Assembly: GCA_964617625.1 (NCBI GenBank)
Contig: CAZTZL010000001.1
Span: 9,783-73,782, forward strand
Source of the DNA: an uncultured bacterium
Lineage (GTDB): Bacteria; Zhuqueibacterota; QNDG01; DSAB01
Length of the DNA: 64,000 bases
Reading direction: 5' to 3'
The notes under the pieces are model-generated. The model was not told the DNA's origin, ran no database searches, and was given only the letters and a program-made list of their open reading frames with translations. Made by a program: the position numbers and the translations under genes. Position 1 is the first letter of the stretch. Every line of letters begins with the position of its first letter. Shown one piece after another: positions 48,293 to 58,898 of the stretch.

Positions 48293-50683
48293 ATGCAATT
48301 AAAAGAAGATGATTTCTATCGAGAACTTCTGTCGATGTTTAAAATCGAAGCGGAAGAACATATAAAGAATATGTCTTCCGGATTGCTTGATCTTGAAAAA
48401 ATTACGGATCAGAAAGAAAAGGCTGGAATTATTGAAACAGTTTATCGGGAGGCGCACAGTCTAAAAGGAGCGGCCAGAGCTGTCAATATCAATGATATAG
48501 AATCTCTTTGTCAAGTTCTGGAAAGTATATTTGCAAAACTGAAGCATCAAAATATGGTATTATCGCCTCAATTATTCGATGTTATGCATCGTGCAGTGGA
48601 TACACTTAACGATCTGATTACAGATCCGGATAAAACCGATATTAAGGAAATATTAAAGAAACTCATAAAATTGGAAGATGGGGGAACAGTAGAGAAAGAA
48701 AAAAAGGAAGAAAACCAGCAGGAAAAATCTGAAAATGTGACCAATATAGAAAAGACAAAACCGGTTGAATCAGCCAATGAATTGGATGAACATAGTGAAG
48801 AAGTTGCTATAGAGAAATCCGAAGAAAAAATAGAAGAAAAAATAGAAGAAAAAGAAAAAACACCCGACAGAAAAGTATCGGCAGAGCAGGACAAGTCTTT
48901 ATTGTCGGATACGGTCCGGATTTCTACTAAAAAACTGGATTCGCTTCTTCTTGAAGCTGAAGAAATGTTGGCCGTCAAATTAACTGCGAGACAGTATTCC
49001 ACTGATTTACGGGAATTGGTTTCGACCTTTGATACATGGAAAAAAGTGTGGGAGGGGCAATATCCCGATATCAAACTGGCAAAACAGTTTTTGGAAAAGA
49101 TTGAGAAAGAGGGTGAAGACGGCAAAACAGGATCCTCTTTTTATCAGCTGATTGAATTTCTTTACTGGAACAGCGAATATATTAAATCGCTCGAAACACG
49201 GATCGTCAATCTTTCCAAATTGGCAGAGGGAAATGCTTACTTGCTCAGCGGGATGGTGGATAACTTGCTTGAGGACATGAAATCGGTTCTTATGCTTCCC
49301 TTTTCGACGCTTTTGAAAATATTCCCCAAGATGGTGCGGGATATTTCACGTGATCAGGAAAAAAATGTGGATTTGTTGATAAGAGGAAGTACGATTGAAG
49401 TGGATAGACGCATTTTGGAAGAACTCAAAGATCCTTTTATTCATTTGATTCGAAATTGCATTGATCATGGAATTGAAAAACCCGATGTACGGAAAAAAAT
49501 CAAGAAATCTTCGGTCGCGACTATTTCAATTGGTGTTTCTGAGTTGAGCGGCAACAAAGTCGAAATTATTATTTCTGATGACGGCGGTGGAATCGATTTG
49601 GAAAGAGTGACACAGGTTGCCGTTAAAAAGGGGATCATTAAAAAAGAAGAAGCCGGGAGATTATCCGAACAGGAAAAATTAGCTCTCATTTTTCAATCGG
49701 ATGTTTCAACAAGTCCAATCATTACGGAAATGTCCGGAAGAGGATTGGGTATGGCGATTGTCCGTGAGAAGATTGAAAAATTGGGTGGTATGATTACACT
49801 TGAAACAGAGCTTCATGTCGGAACGACTTTCAGAATTACTTTGCCCGTTACTCTTGCTACATTTCGAGGTATTTTGGTTCAGGCAGGAGAACAAATGTAC
49901 GTTGTACCGACATCGAGTGTGGAACGTGTTGTTCGCGTCGAAAAAAATGATATTAAAACTGTGGAAAATCGAGAGACAATCAAAGTAGATGATCAGGTGC
50001 TGTCCTTTGTGCAACTCGCAGATATTCTAAGACTGGGAAACACAAGAGGCAGACGTAATTTTGAATTTATAAACGCGTTGATCTTGGAAGTGGCTGACAG
50101 AAAAATTTCTTTTGGGGTCGATCGCGTCATCAATGAACAGGAAGTTTTGGTCAAAGATCTTGGACGACAACTCACAAGGGTGCCCAATGTTGCAGGAGCA
50201 ACAATTTTGGGGTCGGGCAAGGTTGTTACAATTTTAAATGTATCTGATTTGATGAAATCAGCTATCAGACTTGCTATCGATTCGACAAAGGCCACCTTAA
50301 CGGAGGAAGGTACAGTGAAAACAAAATCGATTTTAATTGCCGAAGATTCCATTACGTCAAGAACCCTGTTGAAAAATATCTTAGAATCAGCAGGATATAA
50401 GGTTAGGACAACAGTGGATGGTGTTGATGCTTATACTGCATTGAAGTCCGATAATTACGACTTGGTGGTTTCGGATATTGAAATGCCCAGGATGAATGGT
50501 TTCGAGCTTGTTTCGAAGATAAGGGGCGACAAAGATGTGGCTGAACTGCCTGTCGTTTTGGTAACCGCCCTTGAATCGAAAGAGGACCGTGAAAAGGGAA
50601 TCGATGTAGGTGCGAATGCCTACATTGTAAAAAGGAGTTTTGACCAAAGCAATTTGCTCGACGTGATTCAGAAGCTCATATAG
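48293..50683 (+). CDS. cheA: Chemotaxis histidine kinase CheA with C-terminal receiver domain (CheA-REC hybrid; ChpA/FrzE-like)
   Basis: The domains are P1 Hpt (HSLKGAARAVNI), an acidic/Lys-rich linker, P3/P4 HATPase (IRNCIDHGIE; SDDGGGIDL; GRGLGMAIV), P5 CheW-like and a C-terminal REC (ILIAEDS...VVSDIEMP). The ATG at 48293 has SD ggag 5 nt upstream. The track ORF starts at GTG 48263. Confidence 0.9.
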   Translation: MQLKEDDFYRELLSMFKIEAEEHIKNMSSGLLDLEKITDQKEKAGIIETVYREAHSLKGAARAVNINDIESLCQVLESIFAKLKHQNMVLSPQLFDVMHRAVDTLNDLITDPDKTDIKEILKKLIKLEDGGTVEKEKKEENQQEKSENVTNIEKTKPVESANELDEHSEEVAIEKSEEKIEEKIEEKEKTPDRKVSAEQDKSLLSDTVRISTKKLDSLLLEAEEMLAVKLTARQYSTDLRELVSTFDTWKKVWEGQYPDIKLAKQFLEKIEKEGEDGKTGSSFYQLIEFLYWNSEYIKSLETRIVNLSKLAEGNAYLLSGMVDNLLEDMKSVLMLPFSTLLKIFPKMVRDISRDQEKNVDLLIRGSTIEVDRRILEELKDPFIHLIRNCIDHGIEKPDVRKKIKKSSVATISIGVSELSGNKVEIIISDDGGGIDLERVTQVAVKKGIIKKEEAGRLSEQEKLALIFQSDVSTSPIITEMSGRGLGMAIVREKIEKLGGMITLETELHVGTTFRITLPVTLATFRGILVQAGEQMYVVPTSSVERVVRVEKNDIKTVENRETIKVDDQVLSFVQLADILRLGNTRGRRNFEFINALILEVADRKISFGVDRVINEQEVLVKDLGRQLTRVPNVAGATILGSGKVVTILNVSDLMKSAIRLAIDSTKATLTEEGTVKTKSILIAEDSITSRTLLKNILESAGYKVRTTVDGVDAYTALKSDNYDLVVSDIEMPRMNGFELVSKIRGDKDVAELPVVLVTALESKEDREKGIDVGANAYIVKRSFDQSNLLDVIQKLI

Positions 50684-50702
50684 CTCTCTGGGGAAAATAA
50701 TA

Positions 50703-51758
50703 ATGATTAAAGTATTGATTACAGAAGATTCACCGGTTGTCCGCGGATATTTAAAGCACATTTTGGATTCCGATCCGGATATACAGGTTGTTGGGACGGC
50801 AAAAGACGGAGAAGAGGCAGTTCGTATGGCTCCGGTCAGTAAACCGGACGTCATTACAATGGATATTCATATGCCCAAAATGGACGGTTTTGAGGCGACT
50901 CGTAAAATTATGGAAACCAGTCCGATTCCGATTGTGATTGTCAGTGCAAGCTGGAATCCTGAAGAAGTGGATAAAACATTCCGCACGATGGAAGCGGGGG
51001 CCGTAGCGGCCCTTGAAAAACCCAGGGGAATGGGACACGCTGATTCTGAATCGTCCGTTAAGGAGCTGATTCAAACTGTAAAATTGATGTCCGATGTCAA
51101 AGTAGTAAGAAGATGGAGTCCAAAGGCAAAGGCGGATAAAAGTGAAAAATGTAAGATAAAACCTGTAGAGGAATCTCTTCGAAAGGATTTGGATATTCAA
51201 ATTGTGGCCGTTGGTGCTTCTACGGGCGGTCCCGTTGTTCTGCAACAAATTCTATCAGGATTGCCGAGTCAGTTTAAAGTTCCGATTGTTATTGTCCAGC
51301 ACATCGCACCTGGTTTTTTGCCTGGTCTTGCAGATTGGCTTACCAAGACAACCAATTTTTCCGTTACAATTGCGAAAAAAGGAGAAAAATTAAAACCAGG
51401 AATGGCATATTTGGCCCCTGACGGATTTCAAATGGCCATTGACAGTAAATTCCATGTTCAGTTGGATGAAGAAGCGCCGGAATACCATTTGTGTCCGTCT
51501 GTTTCCTATCTCTTTCGATCTGTCGCTCATATTTATGGTAAAAGGGCTATAGGCGTGCTGTTAACCGGCATGGGAAAAGATGGGGCCAGTGAATTAAAAA
51601 TGATGAATGATAAAGGAGCCATTACGATTGCACAGGATAAAGAGAGCTCGGTTATTCATGGGATGCCCGGCGAAGCAATCAAATTGGGGGCAGCTTCGTA
51701 TGTGCTTTCAACGACTCAGATTCCAGAGAAATTGATAGAACTTGTGCCGATCAATTAA
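50703..51758 (+). CDS. cheB: Chemotaxis methylesterase CheB (REC + methylesterase)
   Basis: The N-terminal REC reads VLITEDSPVVRG...ITMDIHMP. The C-terminal CheB methylesterase reads IVAVGASTGGP ... HGMPGEA. Confidence 0.9.
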   Translation: MIKVLITEDSPVVRGYLKHILDSDPDIQVVGTAKDGEEAVRMAPVSKPDVITMDIHMPKMDGFEATRKIMETSPIPIVIVSASWNPEEVDKTFRTMEAGAVAALEKPRGMGHADSESSVKELIQTVKLMSDVKVVRRWSPKAKADKSEKCKIKPVEESLRKDLDIQIVAVGASTGGPVVLQQILSGLPSQFKVPIVIVQHIAPGFLPGLADWLTKTTNFSVTIAKKGEKLKPGMAYLAPDGFQMAIDSKFHVQLDEEAPEYHLCPSVSYLFRSVAHIYGKRAIGVLLTGMGKDGASELKMMNDKGAITIAQDKESSVIHGMPGEAIKLGAASYVLSTTQIPEKLIELVPIN

Positions 51759-51808
51759 TAAATGAATGGCCATAACTATTCTGATTTATAAAAAAGGAAG
51801 TGAAAATC

Positions 51809-54800
51809 GTGGAAAGGCAGAGAAAAAACATCAATATTGGAATTGAAATTCTGGTGGTCGAGGATAGCCCGACTCAGGCGATGCATCTTAAATATACGCT
51901 CGAGCAGCACGATTACCACGTGATCATCGCCAAAGACGGAAAAGATGCGCTTTTGCAGATGAAAACCCGTAAACCCACAATTGTGATAAGCGATATTATT
52001 ATGCCGGAAATGGACGGATACGAACTCTGCCGTCAAATCCGTTCCGATGAAAATCTGAAATATATTCCGGTGATTTTACTGACCCAGTTAGTCGATCCCA
52101 GAGATGTCATTCGCGGGCTTTTGAGCGGCGCGGATAATTTTGTGACAAAACCATATAGTGAGCAATTTCTCATTTCGAGAATTCAATACATTCTGGCCAA
52201 TCAGGAACTGAGAAGAAATGCCATAACAGAGATGGGGATCGAAATCTTTTTTGCGGGCCAGAAACATTTTATTACATCGGACAGGATGCAGATTCTGGAT
52301 CTTCTTTTCTCGACGTTTGAAAACGCAGTTCAGCGAAATCAGGAATTGGAACAGGCGAACAAAGAACTTCGGAACGCGCTTGAAACAATCGAGACGATCA
52401 ATGAAGTATCCGAAAAGTTGAACCGGTCTTTGATGCCTGCGGACGTTGCCGAAGCGGTGGCAGTGGGAATCAAAAAATTGATCGATTACGATGACTGTAC
52501 GATCTACCGAATCAGCGACGAAGAGCAATATCTTGTCCCTGTGTATTTTGGGAAAAGCAAAATAGAGGATGACAAGGATGTTCAGATCGATCGCCTTAAA
52601 CTTGAAGTAGGGGAAGGAATTACTGGTTATGTTTTTGCCAAAGGCAAAGCCGAGATGATCAGCGATGTTTCCAAACATCCAAAAGTAAGTTATCCCGACG
52701 GTACTGTGCCTCCCAAAGAATCCATACTTGCCGTCCCACTGCAGTACGAAAACCAAACAAAGGGTGTTATCACGCTTCTGAAAAAGGGATTGCATCAGTT
52801 TGCAGATGCCCATTTACGCATACTGACAATACTGGCAGGTCAGGCTGCTGTTGCAATGGAAAATGCCCGTCTCATGCAGGAGGAAAGAAGAAGAACTTCC
52901 CAGCTTTCATTGATCAATGAAATCTCCATGAAAACCGCATCTACTCTGGATATCGAGGAATTGTGCCGTATTGTGGTTGATTCGGTTCGCAGCGGTTTTG
53001 GATATGCCCATATTATTTTAATGTTAATGGACGAAGAAGCTGGAGATTTGTTTCTCCAGGTTCAATCCGGACCTTATTCGGAATCCTATACTGACAATTT
53101 CCGGCAGAAACTGAATGAGGGACTGATTGGAAAAGCAGTGACGACCGGAGAGACTGTCGTACAGGGAAGAGCTTCAGAAAATCCAGACTACGTGCCTGTT
53201 AATTCCGAAATACAATCGGAACTGGCGATTCCAATCAAAAAAGGCCAGAAACTGTTGGGTGTTCTGGATATGGTCAGCAATAAAATCCGCGCTTTTGACG
53301 AAATTGATATTGCCATGATGAAAACACTGGCGGATCAGGTTGCGATGGGAATCGAAAATGCCAGACTATACGAGAGTGAAAAGAAAAGCAAGGAACTTGC
53401 CCAGGCGGCAAGCCGGGCCAAGAGTGAGTTTCTGGCAAACATGAGTCATGAAATACGTACGCCGATGAACAGTATCATCGGATTCTCGGACCTGCTTATT
53501 CAGGAACATCTTCCAGAAGAATTGGGAGATTTTGTCCGCACAATTAAAATGAATGGTGAAGAACTTCTTCATATCATCAATCAGATTCTCGATCTGGCTA
53601 AAGTGGAAACAGGTCGAATGGAAGTGGAGTGCATTGAATTCGATCTTCAGAAGTTGACCAAAGATATCTATCAGTTGATGCGTCCGCGCGTTCTCGATAA
53701 AGGGCTGGCATTTAAAGTCGTTTCCAATCCAGAACCGTTGCCGTTAATTGACAGTGACCGGACCAAGATTCGTCAGATTCTTGTCAATCTGATCGGGAAT
53801 GCAGTGAAATTTACCGAGGAAGGTCAGATTCAGCTTGAAATCAATATCGAAAAGACAAAAGGCGCAAAAGGCATATTAAACGCTTGCGTCAGTGATACGG
53901 GGATTGGCATTCCTCCTGAAAAAAGAACACATATCTTCGAAGCATTCACCCAGGCCGATGCATCCATGACAAGAAGATTCGGAGGAACGGGACTCGGTTT
54001 GACGCTCTGTAAAAAAATGATCGAACTGCTTGACGGGAAATTATGGGTCGAATCTGAAGAAAAAAAGGGGAGTAAATTTTCTTTCTCGATCCCGGTAAAA
54101 ATTCTTACCCAGAAAGAAAAAGAAACTTACGAACCTGAAGAGGTTATTTCAGATGAAAATCGATCTACGTTGGATTCAGTCAATTCGATAATTAAAAACA
54201 GGCCTGTCTCTGTGGAATGGGGACCAGGGGGCAAGAAAAAACGGTCTCCGCTCGTTCTTCTGATTGAAGACAATGCCAGCACGGTGGATTTGCTGAGACG
54301 GTATCTGGAAAAGGACGGATATCAGGTTCAATGCAGCACGAATGGTGAAGATGGTGTCATGAAGGCAAAATTCTATCGGCCGGATGCCATTGTTCTGGAA
54401 ATTCTGCTTCCGGGAAAGATGGATGGATGGGAAGTCTTGCGGATGTTAAAGTCGAGCAAGCTGACGAAAGATATTCCTGTTATTGTGTGTTCGGTTCTTT
54501 CGAATCAGAAGAAGGCATTCAGCCTCGGAGCCGTGGAATATTTTGAGAAACCGGCAAGAGAGAAGGCCATACTTGACACATTGCACCGGTCCATAGGAAT
54601 GCCCACAGACAAGAAGAAAGAGATACTGGTTGTTGATGATGACAAGAGTGTCCTTATGCTTTTTGAAAAACTTCTTAACCAGCAGGGATTTAAAGTTAAA
54701 ACATTCGACAGCGGACTTGCTGTTATCGACTATTTGAAGGAAGACAGAAATATCGCATTGATGATTCTGGATCTATTGATGCCGGATATAGATGGTTTTG

Positions 54801-55693
54801 AAGTTCTGGAAACATTAAAAAGATCAAAGAAAACCAAAGACATTCCAGTCGTCATTTATACAGGCAAAAAATTGACTTCAAAGGATCGTTCAAGGCTGAG
54901 TTCGCGTTACGAATTACTGCTTCAGAAAACTCGTGAAACGCCGGATACTTTATTGAAACAGTTGAACAGCCTGGTCAATAAGAAAATCGAAGTTGAACAA
55001 AAGGCACTTCCGAAATCCCGAGGGGAAATTCTTCTTGCAGAAGATGATCCGTCCGGACAAAAACTAATGAAACATTTATTGAACCGCATGGGGTATCAGG
55101 CAGATCTGGCTTCGACCGGCAAGCAGGTTTTGGACAAACTTCAGAAGAAAGACTATCATGTCGTATTGATGGACATGGAAATGCCGGAGATGGATGGTTT
55201 TACTGCAACACGAGAAATCAGGAAAGAGAATCGATATCAAGATCTTCCTATTATTGCATTGACCGCCCATGCAATGAAAGAACATAAAGAAAAAACACTC
55301 AATGCAGGCTGTACGGATTATCTGTCCAAGCCGGTCAACAGCACAAAACTCGAAAAAATGTTGGAAAAATATATGCCGCCGGTTCCTGTTGAAAAAACGG
55401 AGACAGTCCAGCAGAGCAAAGAGGAAGATGAGATGATGGCTGAACTGGCGAAATTTTTCGTTTCTGATCTGGGACAACGTATTCAACAGTTTGATTTGGA
55501 CGTGACCAGTCGAAATAAGGATGAGGTTGTCCGATTTGGGCATTCCTTAAAAGGTACAGCCGGATCTTATGGATTTCCAAAATTTTCGAATATCGGAAGC
55601 CACATCGAAAAGGAAGGCATGGCAGAACATTGGGAAAAAATAACTGTTTTACAAAAGCAGTTAATTGATGAATATAAACTTCTGGGACAATAA
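51809..55693 (+). CDS. Multidomain hybrid sensor histidine kinase: REC-GAF-GAF-HisKA-HATPase-REC-REC-REC-Hpt
   Basis: REC1 carries the D in [12 protein letters not shown]. Two GAF-like domains follow (e.g. ...[19 protein letters not shown]...; ...[24 protein letters not shown]...). The HisKA H-box is [21 protein letters not shown], and the HATPase has [37 protein letters not shown]. Three further receivers carry the D residues ...[11 protein letters not shown], ...[10 protein letters not shown] and ...[11 protein letters not shown]. The C-terminal Hpt reads [15 protein letters not shown]. The GTG start at 51809 has SD aggaag 8 nt upstream. The track ORF starts at GTG 51800. Confidence 0.85.
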   Translation: MERQRKNINIGIEILVVEDSPTQAMHLKYTLEQHDYHVIIAKDGKDALLQMKTRKPTIVISDIIMPEMDGYELCRQIRSDENLKYIPVILLTQLVDPRDVIRGLLSGADNFVTKPYSEQFLISRIQYILANQELRRNAITEMGIEIFFAGQKHFITSDRMQILDLLFSTFENAVQRNQELEQANKELRNALETIETINEVSEKLNRSLMPADVAEAVAVGIKKLIDYDDCTIYRISDEEQYLVPVYFGKSKIEDDKDVQIDRLKLEVGEGITGYVFAKGKAEMISDVSKHPKVSYPDGTVPPKESILAVPLQYENQTKGVITLLKKGLHQFADAHLRILTILAGQAAVAMENARLMQEERRRTSQLSLINEISMKTASTLDIEELCRIVVDSVRSGFGYAHIILMLMDEEAGDLFLQVQSGPYSESYTDNFRQKLNEGLIGKAVTTGETVVQGRASENPDYVPVNSEIQSELAIPIKKGQKLLGVLDMVSNKIRAFDEIDIAMMKTLADQVAMGIENARLYESEKKSKELAQAASRAKSEFLANMSHEIRTPMNSIIGFSDLLIQEHLPEELGDFVRTIKMNGEELLHIINQILDLAKVETGRMEVECIEFDLQKLTKDIYQLMRPRVLDKGLAFKVVSNPEPLPLIDSDRTKIRQILVNLIGNAVKFTEEGQIQLEINIEKTKGAKGILNACVSDTGIGIPPEKRTHIFEAFTQADASMTRRFGGTGLGLTLCKKMIELLDGKLWVESEEKKGSKFSFSIPVKILTQKEKETYEPEEVISDENRSTLDSVNSIIKNRPVSVEWGPGGKKKRSPLVLLIEDNASTVDLLRRYLEKDGYQVQCSTNGEDGVMKAKFYRPDAIVLEILLPGKMDGWEVLRMLKSSKLTKDIPVIVCSVLSNQKKAFSLGAVEYFEKPAREKAILDTLHRSIGMPTDKKKEILVVDDDKSVLMLFEKLLNQQGFKVKTFDSGLAVIDYLKEDRNIALMILDLLMPDIDGFEVLETLKRSKKTKDIPVVIYTGKKLTSKDRSRLSSRYELLLQKTRETPDTLLKQLNSLVNKKIEVEQKALPKSRGEILLAEDDPSGQKLMKHLLNRMGYQADLASTGKQVLDKLQKKDYHVVLMDMEMPEMDGFTATREIRKENRYQDLPIIALTAHAMKEHKEKTLNAGCTDYLSKPVNSTKLEKMLEKYMPPVPVEKTETVQQSKEEDEMMAELAKFFVSDLGQRIQQFDLDVTSRNKDEVVRFGHSLKGTAGSYGFPKFSNIGSHIEKEGMAEHWEKITVLQKQLIDEYKLLGQ

Positions 55694-55694
55694 G

Positions 55695-56819
55695 ATGAAA
55701 CCGGAAAATATGACTATTTTGACTGTGGATGATACACCGGCCAATATTCGCTTGTTGACACATTATCTGGAAAAACAGGGATACCATGTGATCACGGCTG
55801 AAGACGGTTTTGAAGGATTCAAGGCAGCTATTCTTTATCATCCTGATCTGGTTCTTCTGGACATTATGATGCCGGGTACAGATGGATACGAAGTCTGTGA
55901 ATTACTCAAAGCGGAAGAGGAGACCAAAGATATTCCAGTCGTATTTCTGACAGCAAAAACCGATGTCGAAGATAAAATTCGCGGTTTTGAACTGGGAGCA
56001 GTTGATTATATTACCAAACCTTTTAATTTGGTTGAAATATCAACACGTGTTCAAACACAGCTTCATTATAAACATCTTCAGGGTCAGACACAGCGCTTCT
56101 ATCAAATATTTTCTCAAACGAAGAATATTGCCAACACGGACATTTCGTTCAATCTAACAGAAAAAAAACTAAATATTATTCTTGATGATGCACGGAAAAA
56201 TTTGAAAAAAATTGAAAAAAATGATACCGATGGGTCACTGGTTAAAAAAGAATATGAAAAGACACTTCACGATATTAAAAACGTTGTTAATTTTATCCAC
56301 TCGGAAAAGCCATTTTGGGATGATATGGAACATCCGTTCGATTCAATTAATCTAAACATGCTGATGGAAGATATTGTTGATATTCTGCAGAATCAGGATG
56401 ATGGTCCTATATGGGACATTGAATGTACAAGGCTTGACCGGCCGGCTGTCATATCGGGAAATCTTGCCAAACTTCAATTCGGACTGCTTAATTTTTTCAC
56501 ACATGAAATCAATACCGATATGCAACCCTGTACGGTTGAAATTGCTTTAAAGGATATCGAATTACCGGAATCTATTCTTCAGAAAACAGATTATAAAACG
56601 GATGAAAATTTTTACTGTCTGGATATTATTTCCAAACATATACATGCGAAACAGGATGATCTCCAAGACGATCCAAATATTTTGTCAGGGAAAGGGAATA
56701 AATCAAGTCTCCCAATAATCAATCTTCAATCTGTGATCCAGATGCACAATGGTCTGTTCGATATCAAAACGGAAGAGGGTGACAAAACGAAAGTTTCGAT
56801 CTATCTACCCAAAGCCTGA
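55695..56819 (+). CDS. Response-regulator receiver fused to a degenerate histidine-kinase-like domain
   Basis: The REC reads ILTVDDTPANIRL...LLDIMMPGTDG...LTAKTD...K. The C-terminal ~230 aa carry an H-box-like HDIKNVVNF and an HATPase-like end (...GDKTKVSIYLPKA), but no clear G1/G2 ATP-binding boxes. The ATG at 55695 lies directly after the upstream stop. Confidence 0.6.
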   Translation: MKPENMTILTVDDTPANIRLLTHYLEKQGYHVITAEDGFEGFKAAILYHPDLVLLDIMMPGTDGYEVCELLKAEEETKDIPVVFLTAKTDVEDKIRGFELGAVDYITKPFNLVEISTRVQTQLHYKHLQGQTQRFYQIFSQTKNIANTDISFNLTEKKLNIILDDARKNLKKIEKNDTDGSLVKKEYEKTLHDIKNVVNFIHSEKPFWDDMEHPFDSINLNMLMEDIVDILQNQDDGPIWDIECTRLDRPAVISGNLAKLQFGLLNFFTHEINTDMQPCTVEIALKDIELPESILQKTDYKTDENFYCLDIISKHIHAKQDDLQDDPNILSGKGNKSSLPIINLQSVIQMHNGLFDIKTEEGDKTKVSIYLPKA

Positions 56820-57009
56820 TTATCTTTTTACTTATACCAACCGCTCTATACTGTTTCCTTTATGTGCCAGAATTAATCGAATAAGCTATTTTCCGTAAAA
56901 ATCGGAAAGCTCTATTGGATTTTTACGAAAATATTTATTATATTTTCAATGGATTAACTATAGAGTCCCATTCTCTATTTATTTGATTTATCAAAAGGAG
57001 CAACTATTT

Positions 57010-58299
57010 GTGGAATTGATGCGCGAAGCAAAAAAGGGAAACGTTACAGAGGCAATGCAAATTGTTGCAACCGACGAGCTTATCGATGTCTATTTGCTGA
57101 TGGAGCGCATCGCCGATGGCGAAGCTGTCATCTTAAAAAACAACTTGCATAAGAGTGTACAGCCGGTCGGGATTGGCAAAGGATTGAGAACCAAAGTCAA
57201 TGCCAATATCGGAACTTCAACGGATTCCACGGATATTCATTTGGAAATCGAAAAGGCAAGAACGGCTGTCCATGCGGGCGCTGATACGATTATGGACCTT
57301 TCAACAGGCGGGGATATCAATCAAATTCGGAAAACCATACTTGATCAGATTCCTGTTGTACTTGGGACAGTTCCAATTTATCAGTCTGCAATTCAGTCGA
57401 TTCAAACAAGCGGCGCATTGGTTAAAATGGATGCCGATGACATTTTCTCTGTACTCGAAAAACAGGCAGAAGAAGGCGTCGATTTCTTTACGGTGCATTG
57501 CGGTGTGACATTGCGAAGTATCGAAAGGCTCAGGCGGGAAGACCGATTAATGGATATTGTCAGCCGGGGCGGATCGTTTTTAGTCACATGGATGATTGCA
57601 AATGAGAAAGAAAATCCACTATATGAACAATACGACCGTGTTCTCGAAATTGCCGCAAAATATGACATTGTTCTCAGTCTGGGTGACGGATTGAGACCCG
57701 GATCGATCCTGGATGCAACAGACCGCGCCCAGGTTGAGGAATTGATTATTTTAGGAGAACTGACAGAACGGGCACGGGATAGGAATGTTCAGGTAATAAT
57801 CGAAGGCCCCGGACATGTGCCCCTTAATCAAATAAAAATGAATGTACAGCTTGAAAAGGAAATTTGTCACAATGCGCCTTTCTATGTTCTAGGCCCGCTG
57901 GTAACGGATGTTGCTCCCGGATATGATCACATCACTTCTGCAATCGGCGGTGCGATTGCTGCGGCTGAAGGTGCAGATTTTCTCTGTTATGTCACTCCAG
58001 GAGAGCATCTTAAATTGCCCGATTGTGAGGATGTCAGGCAAGGTGTTATCGCCACCCGGATTGCAGGCCATGCTGCCGATATCGTGAAAGGAATTCCAAA
58101 TGCAATCGATTGGGATATTGAGATGTCCAAGGCGCGGAAACAACTGGATTGGGACACACAAATCAGTCACGCGATTGATCCGGAACATGCAAGGAAATTA
58201 AGAGAAATGTGTAAAAGCAACGACGATGATATATGTTCCATGTGTGGAGAGTATTGTGCCATCAAAATGGTTCAGGAAACATTGAGACATGTGAAGTAA
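57010..58299 (+). CDS. thiC: ThiC-family radical-SAM-like enzyme (phosphomethylpyrimidine synthase ThiC, or the paralog BzaF)
   Basis: This is a ~430-aa short-form ThiC. The N-terminus reads ...MREAKKGNVTEAMQIVA.... The C-terminal Fe-S motif is CSMCGEYCA. The GTG at 57010 has SD aaaggag 9 nt upstream. The track ORF starts at TTG 56983. Confidence 0.8.
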   Translation: MELMREAKKGNVTEAMQIVATDELIDVYLLMERIADGEAVILKNNLHKSVQPVGIGKGLRTKVNANIGTSTDSTDIHLEIEKARTAVHAGADTIMDLSTGGDINQIRKTILDQIPVVLGTVPIYQSAIQSIQTSGALVKMDADDIFSVLEKQAEEGVDFFTVHCGVTLRSIERLRREDRLMDIVSRGGSFLVTWMIANEKENPLYEQYDRVLEIAAKYDIVLSLGDGLRPGSILDATDRAQVEELIILGELTERARDRNVQVIIEGPGHVPLNQIKMNVQLEKEICHNAPFYVLGPLVTDVAPGYDHITSAIGGAIAAAEGADFLCYVTPGEHLKLPDCEDVRQGVIATRIAGHAADIVKGIPNAIDWDIEMSKARKQLDWDTQISHAIDPEHARKLREMCKSNDDDICSMCGEYCAIKMVQETLRHVK

Positions 58300-58383
58300 T
58301 TTCCCACAAGGAACTTATCTTTTGTTTGATCGTAAGAATTTGATAATCTGAAAAATATTTTAATAGGAATGTAAAGCTAAAAC

Positions 58384-58875
58384 ATGTTGGAAGTGAAGAT
58401 ATATCCAAATCCTGTTTTAAGAAAGGAAGCGGAAACAGTAAAGGAAATAGACGATTCGTTTCTTGATTTTGCCGATGCCATGACCAAAGTAATGTATGAG
58501 AAAGATGGTGTCGGATTGGCCGCCAATCAAGTGGGTGTTTTAAAGCGCTTTATCGTTGTGGATGCAGGGGATGGCCCCATTAAAATCATTAATCCGGAAA
58601 TTGTTCATCAAAGCGAAGAAACTGCCTCTTTTGAGGAAGGCTGTTTGAGTTTGCCCGATATCCAAATTAAACTCAACAGGCCAGTTTCCGTACTTGTCAA
58701 GGGGCGTAACCTTCAGAATCAACCCGTAGAGTATCGTGCGGAGGGGCTGTTGGCACGTGTTTTCCAGCATGAAATCGATCATTTGAATGGTGTGCTTATC
58801 ATCGATCGTGCTTCATCCATTCAGCGTTCACTGTTAAAATCAAAATTAAAAAGGCTAGAAAAACAAGTCGGATAA
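58384..58875 (+). CDS. def: Peptide deformylase
   Basis: Motifs GVGLAANQVG, EGCLS and HEIDHLNG are present. Confidence 0.95.
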   Translation: MLEVKIYPNPVLRKEAETVKEIDDSFLDFADAMTKVMYEKDGVGLAANQVGVLKRFIVVDAGDGPIKIINPEIVHQSEETASFEEGCLSLPDIQIKLNRPVSVLVKGRNLQNQPVEYRAEGLLARVFQHEIDHLNGVLIIDRASSIQRSLLKSKLKRLEKQVG

Positions 58876-58898
58876 ATTCATCCATTCCATATTATGGA

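Noticed and set aside
56820-57009. TPP riboswitch expected upstream of thiC.
   Set aside because: By eye I could not find the conserved CUGAGA, ACCUGAUC or GCGUAGGGAA elements. I report it as a finding (an absence) rather than a feature. Needs cmsearch to be sure.
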